Of a stretch of 64,000 nt of DNA, positions 59,546 through 64,000 are shown in pieces; the stretch's first letter is position 1; each line of letters starts with the position of its first letter. The DNA comes from an uncultured Gemmatimonadales bacterium (GTDB lineage Bacteria; Gemmatimonadota; Gemmatimonadetes; Longimicrobiales; Gaopeijiaceae). The translations under genes and the position numbers were made by a program. The notes beneath the pieces are model-generated. The model did not search any database. It had not been told where the DNA came from and was given only the letters and a program-made list of their open reading frames with translations. Location of the stretch: the NCBI GenBank assembly GCA_937919655.1, contig CALFPJ010000022.1, forward strand, positions 64,986 to 128,985, in the 5' to 3' direction.

Positions 59546-59684
59546 GCCGTCCCTCAACCCAAACGCCCCAAAACCCTGAGGGCCGTCGAGGCGCCCGTGT
59601 GGCAAGGCGGCGCGACGCAGGAGTAGCACACGCTACTTCAAGGAGCAGCCAACGCAGCCCACGGGATGCATCGGCGGCCCGTAG

Positions 59685-61700
59685 CTAGTTGCGCATGGTC
59701 CAGCGTATCCCGTACACCGTCCGCGTTCGCGGCAGGATCCGGCCAGGATAGTTCTGCAATTTTGGCCGTCGGGTGAAGTTGTCCCAGGCGACATAGATCT
59801 GGATGGTGACAATTCTGACCTGGATCCGGGCGTACCAGTCCTGATAGAAGGGCACGGTTTGAAGCTGTGGCTCACCCTCGGCGTCCGGTTCGCCCAGAAT
59901 AGGCAGCGTCATCGCGGAGTGGCCGCGAGCACCGATGGTCCACCACCACTCGAAGTTGCCACTGTCCAGGTAAAGCCGGTGGAAGACTAAGGCCCCGGTG
60001 TAAATCTGCTCCGGGAGGTAAGATCCGGGTATGTCCCAGCGCTGCAGGGACCCCTGCAACCGGAGCCCTTTCATGGGCATCGGTAACGCCCCCCACCCCT
60101 CCCAGCCCTTCCGCTCCGCCCCACCCACGAACGGGCCCGCGCGATCCAATCCCAGGCCGAGCGGAATCAAGGTGTCGTTCTCGACCGTGAGAAGGGCCCC
60201 CGAGACCGAGGCTCCTCGCCACGAAAGCGTGGCGCCAAGACGAGTAGCTGTCCGCTCGCTGACGCCGAAGAGGCGCCCTGGATCAAACGCTTCTCCCGGG
60301 TCACCCGCGCTTGCCGCCCCGGTCGTATCCACCGCCGGCTCGACATCAAGCAGTGGGAGAGTGCGCGAGCCATACCCCCCGGACTCCCTCGATCCGAACA
60401 GAGAGAAGACGCCGCCTATGGGGTCGGTCCAGGCGCGCACCCGAGATGCCGACGTGCGGGTCGTCACCCACGAGCCTCGGGATAGGTCAGCGGCCACGCC
60501 GCCGATTCCGGGGCGGGCAAATCCGCCCATCAGGTCTAGGCGATTCGCAGGGAGCTCGTCGCCGCCGAACATACGATACTCGCCACGCGCCCAGACCCCG
60601 TTACGGTCGAAGCCAAGCCTCAGGCCGCTCTGCCTTCGACTCCCGCCCTCTCGCTCGTAGGTGTCACGAATATCGTCGACCGTGTGGGTCGACTTACCCG
60701 TATAGGCCTCACCCACCAAGCCTGCGGCGAACTGTGCCCGGCCTCGGACTGTCCAATCTGTGCGCGCCGCCGGCGAGGGATAATCAGCGAGGTCGGTCTG
60801 GGTGCTGACGTTGTGGAGTTCGATGGCCAGACCGGCGGCGTCTCCCCGATGCAGTTGGTAGCGTACCCAACTTCCAGTGCGCCCGCCGGCCTCATCGCCC
60901 CCGGGCCCGCGTGTGTCGGTCCTCTCCAGCGCCAAGCCAAGGCTCCCGCCGAGAGCGGTGGGATCTGCGTACGTACCCCGAAACAGGTTAGTCGCGAGGT
61001 CGCCAGTGCCGGCCTCGACCAAGGAAAATGGCCGACCATCCTCGTAACTCTTCGACCACATCTCGATTCGCAGATCCCCCATGCCCCGCTCGAGCCGTAC
61101 CCGCTCGATTCCGCCGAGCCCCACACGCGACAGATCGACCACGCCCCCATCGACCGGAAAAAGCTCGAAACCGTCGCGGAAGACCCGAAATCCGCCACCC
61201 CCGGTCCCAAAGGCGGTGAGCCCGGCTGGAGTGCCATAGTCGCCGCCCAACATCACGATGACCCCAGGCACCTCTGCGACGAGTTCCGTGAGCGTGTTTG
61301 CTCCGGAAGCGTGGATTTCCACCAGATCCCATGCCCAGACGCCTGTACTCCAACTCGCCGGCACTTCACCTGAAAAGTCCGGCAAATTGTAAAAAATGGA
61401 GTCTGCCGCCGCGGAGTCGGGCACCGCCCCCACCGCAAGTGTATCCAGAGCCGACGAGTCTGTCGCAAGTGTATCCAGAGCCAACGAGTCTGCCGCGAGG
61501 CTATCCCCGGCCAACACTCCCGCACCCACCACGGGGATTGTGTCCGGCGGGGTCACCTGCGCCGCAGTCGCATGGACCGAAAAAGCCGCGAGCCAGAGCG
61601 TGAGCGCTATGCTTCGTACAAGCACCCAAGTCCACTGAGAGCCCCGAGGCGCGACGGTCCGAAGCCCGGACCTCGTCACCCGGCGCGACTCCGGACCCAT
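59685..61700 (-). CDS. TonB-dependent receptor-like outer-membrane protein (plug plus beta-barrel)
   Basis: Signal peptide from the internal Met (MGPESRR...TLWLAAFSVHATAAQ); plug motifs (NTLTELVAEVPGVIV..., FRVFRDGFEL, IERVRLERG); Gly/aromatic-rich barrel; terminal ...YGIRWTMRN. Confidence 0.75.
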   Translation of the reverse strand: MGPESRRVTRSGLRTVAPRGSQWTWVLVRSIALTLWLAAFSVHATAAQVTPPDTIPVVGAGVLAGDSLAADSLALDTLATDSSALDTLAVGAVPDSAAADSIFYNLPDFSGEVPASWSTGVWAWDLVEIHASGANTLTELVAEVPGVIVMLGGDYGTPAGLTAFGTGGGGFRVFRDGFELFPVDGGVVDLSRVGLGGIERVRLERGMGDLRIEMWSKSYEDGRPFSLVEAGTGDLATNLFRGTYADPTALGGSLGLALERTDTRGPGGDEAGGRTGSWVRYQLHRGDAAGLAIELHNVSTQTDLADYPSPAARTDWTVRGRAQFAAGLVGEAYTGKSTHTVDDIRDTYEREGGSRRQSGLRLGFDRNGVWARGEYRMFGGDELPANRLDLMGGFARPGIGGVAADLSRGSWVTTRTSASRVRAWTDPIGGVFSLFGSRESGGYGSRTLPLLDVEPAVDTTGAASAGDPGEAFDPGRLFGVSERTATRLGATLSWRGASVSGALLTVENDTLIPLGLGLDRAGPFVGGAERKGWEGWGALPMPMKGLRLQGSLQRWDIPGSYLPEQIYTGALVFHRLYLDSGNFEWWWTIGARGHSAMTLPILGEPDAEGEPQLQTVPFYQDWYARIQVRIVTIQIYVAWDNFTRRPKLQNYPGRILPRTRTVYGIRWTMRN
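61436..61495. repeat. 30-bp tandem duplication inside the TBDR-like gene
   Basis: caagtgtatccagagccgacgagtctgtcg / caagtgtatccagagccaacgagtctgccg; encodes a repeated DSxALDTLA peptide before the plug. Confidence 0.8.
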
Positions 61701-63145
61701 TGCACGAGAAGTCGAGTCGGAGACCCGTACCCGCCTTTTCGATGATACGGAGCGATGCCGTCGCCGTATGCGGTCCCTGCGACGTCGAGGTGGGCCCACT
61801 TAGTGTCGCCGACGAACTCGGACAGGAAGCAGGCGGCGGTGATCGTCCCACCGGCTCGGCCACCCACGTTTTTCAGGTCTGCGGTGGTGCTCTCAAGTTG
61901 GGTCTTGTACTCGTCCCAGAGGGGAAGCTGCCAGCAACGCTCACCAGACGTCTGGCCCGCCGAGATCAGTTCTTCAACGAGTTCCTGATCGTTACCCAGC
62001 ACGGCAGCGGCGTGGGCTCCAAGTCCGACCACAACGGCCCCGGTAAGCGTGGCGCAATCGACCATCGCCGCCGGGTTCATCTTGGAGGCGTACGCGAGCG
62101 AGTCCGCTAGGAGGAGGCGACCTTCCGCATCTGTGTTGATCACCTCCACGGTCTTGCCGCCTAGCGTGTCGATCACGTCGCCGGGCTTCACTGCGGTGCC
62201 CGACGGGAGGTTCTCAGACGAAGGCACGATGCCCACGACGTTGGCCTTCACACCCAGCTTGGCGATCGCCTGCATGGCGCCAATAACGGCCGCCCCACCC
62301 GACATGTCGAACTTCATGTTCTCCATGCCACCCGCTGGCTTCAGAGAAATACCGCCAGCATCGAACGAGAGGCCCTTGCCGATCAACACCAGCGGCGCTT
62401 CGCCCTCTGCTCCCCCGTTGTGCTCCATGATGATGAAGCGGGCTTCTTCTACCGATCCCTTCGACACGGCGAGGATCGCGTGCATGCCCTCTTCCTTCAT
62501 GCGGGCCTCGTCGAAGATCGTGATCTTCATCCCGGCTTCTGACGCCATATCCCCCGCAGCGTTCGCAATGTGCGTCGGCGTTGCGACGTTGCCCGGACGG
62601 GACTGTAGCGTACGCGCGAGATTCTCGGCCGCGCCGATGATCGCTCCCACCTCAACGCAGCCAGCATCACCCCCAAGGACGTCCGCAGAGGTGACATCCA
62701 CAGCTTCGGGGTCGACGGTCTTCAGCTCGCGGAAGCGCCACGCCGCGAGCGCGGCGCCTTCGGCGGCAGCCTGACCCGCCACCTCAGCAGCGACGGTTCC
62801 GACACCCTCCACACTTACGCTCACCGAGGTCAGACCGAGCCGCTCGGCCACGCGAACAGCCCGACCCGCCATTCCTCTAACGGCCTCACTGTTCACCTTA
62901 TCGGCCTCGCCGAGCCCGAGAACCACCACTCGACTCGGACCTTGGTCGCCAGCGTAGAACAGGGCTTCGTCCTTCGAGTCACCCTTGAGGTCTCCTGACG
63001 CGATACTCCGTGCGATCGCGCCGCCCAACGCGGCGTCCAGCCGGGCGAGAAGACCTTCACTGGCGTCAGCGCCCTTCGTCAGGCCCACCGCGAGAAGCGG
63101 GGTGGCGTGTACGAGTGGATCGACATCGATGTGACGGACTTGCAT
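61676..63145 (-). CDS. pepA: leucyl aminopeptidase (M17)
   Basis: 489 aa; NTDAEGRL and VGKGLSFDAGG motifs. Confidence 0.93.
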   Translation of the reverse strand: MQVRHIDVDPLVHATPLLAVGLTKGADASEGLLARLDAALGGAIARSIASGDLKGDSKDEALFYAGDQGPSRVVVLGLGEADKVNSEAVRGMAGRAVRVAERLGLTSVSVSVEGVGTVAAEVAGQAAAEGAALAAWRFRELKTVDPEAVDVTSADVLGGDAGCVEVGAIIGAAENLARTLQSRPGNVATPTHIANAAGDMASEAGMKITIFDEARMKEEGMHAILAVSKGSVEEARFIIMEHNGGAEGEAPLVLIGKGLSFDAGGISLKPAGGMENMKFDMSGGAAVIGAMQAIAKLGVKANVVGIVPSSENLPSGTAVKPGDVIDTLGGKTVEVINTDAEGRLLLADSLAYASKMNPAAMVDCATLTGAVVVGLGAHAAAVLGNDQELVEELISAGQTSGERCWQLPLWDEYKTQLESTTADLKNVGGRAGGTITAACFLSEFVGDTKWAHLDVAGTAYGDGIAPYHRKGGYGSPTRLLVQWVRSRAG

Positions 63146-63252
63146 AGGTGTATGCCCTTGACATTTCAGAGGTTGGGGACCGGCTTCGTTTTATCACTTG
63201 TGGCGCTACAGCGTTCCAGGAGAGGAAGCTAGCCCCAGAGCCTACGCCAGGA

Positions 63253-64000
63253 TCAGAGTCCTTCCGCGGTCTCCACAACCAGTTGATCCACAACCGCCTT
63301 CAGATCACCGGTTCTCTCGAAGGTGGCGAGCTGCCGGTCTGCGCTGGTTCCGTGTTCCAAAATGGTGAAGGCATACTCGACTTCCGCACGACTCCCGAGG
63401 TCGTCTAGGACATCATCGAGGAAGGCCACGAGTTCAAGGATGATCGTCTTCGCCGGCCTCTCAGCCTCCTGGCCGAGGTCGAGCAAATGCCCTTCCACCC
63501 CGTAGCGCACCGCCCGCCATTTATTCTCTTCGATGAGCGCGAGGGGATACGTGCGAAAAGAGAGGTTGTCTCGCCGCAGTTTCCACAACTTGGCGATAAG
63601 CGCCTGAAAGATCCCTGCGATGCAGACGGCCTCGTCTACGCGGGTACAAATGTCGCAGACACGGAATTCGAGCGTGGGATACAGATGGTGCGGCCTGATA
63701 TCCCACCAGATCTTCGATGCGTCCGGAATCGCGTTCGCATTGACCAGCATCCGCACGATTTTCTCGTAATCGGCATACGTCCGGAACGTGGGCGGCACCC
63801 CCGTGCGCGGGAAATTCCGCCATTGCACGCTACGGTACGATTCCAACCCGGTTTTGCGGCCGCTCCAAAACGGCGAACTCGTGGAGAGGGCGAGAATGTG
63901 CGGCAGAAAATAGCGCGACACCGCCATGGCATCGATCAAGAATTCTGGATCTTCGATGCCGACGTGGACGTGCATGCCGAAGATGAGGTTCTTGCGCGCG
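63253..64000 (-). CDS. carboxylate-amine ligase, GCS2/YbdK family; 5' end beyond window
   Basis: ...[50 protein letters not shown]... The frame remains open to the window edge. Confidence 0.8.
   Translation of the reverse strand, partial: ARKNLIFGMHVHVGIEDPEFLIDAMAVSRYFLPHILALSTSSPFWSGRKTGLESYRSVQWRNFPRTGVPPTFRTYADYEKIVRMLVNANAIPDASKIWWDIRPHHLYPTLEFRVCDICTRVDEAVCIAGIFQALIAKLWKLRRDNLSFRTYPLALIEENKWRAVRYGVEGHLLDLGQEAERPAKTIILELVAFLDDVLDDLGSRAEVEYAFTILEHGTSADRQLATFERTGDLKAVVDQLVVETAEGL

Overview
This is a high-GC (about 65%) bacterial chromosomal segment, almost entirely housekeeping genes on the minus strand. The ORF-track translations match conserved families. No mobile elements, CRISPR arrays or obvious defence systems were seen.

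Gene content in order:
- IspF (truncated at the window edge) followed by a textbook lipid-synthesis cluster, yceD-rpmF-plsX-fabH-fabD-fabG-acpP-fabF.
- ndk, sucCD, a roughly 925-aa UPF0182 membrane protein, and a phosphohexomutase.
- A complete, collinear 14-gene NADH:quinone oxidoreductase operon, nuoA to nuoN (13.5-28.3 kb).
- A small mixed neighbourhood (28.5-33 kb) on both strands: dcd, a frameshifted TfoX-N gene, two tandem FKBP lipoproteins, an NfeD-like/flotillin operon, and tRNA-Asn.
- mdh, moaDEA, and an ECF sigma / zinc-finger anti-sigma / LTXXQ periplasmic protein operon.
- HU, carA, then an unusually long (about 1 kb) gene-free spacer ending in an AT-rich island.
- lipB with an E1alpha-E1beta-E2 2-oxoacid dehydrogenase cluster, then secG-tpiA-pgk-gap.
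- A second ECF sigma interrupted by an in-frame TAG, next to a TonB-C-domain protein.
- comF, aroE, an LMW protein-tyrosine phosphatase, tsaC, ispD, dnaB, a family-4 UDG, coaBC-rpoZ-gmk-yicC.
- A TonB-dependent-receptor-like outer-membrane protein, pepA, and a partial GCS2-family ligase.

The gene content and layout are compatible with a high-GC diderm, possibly Gemmatimonadota-like, but this cannot be settled from sequence alone. The most notable signals are two disrupted genes (the TAG-interrupted ECF sigma and the frameshifted TfoX-N), the 1-kb non-coding spacer with a low-GC TAAACA-repeat island, a roughly 62-bp hairpin-forming tandem repeat, and a perfect 12-bp tandem direct repeat upstream of the NfeD/flotillin operon. 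The long ORFs antisense to nuo, gap, gmk and yicC genes are treated as high-GC artefacts.
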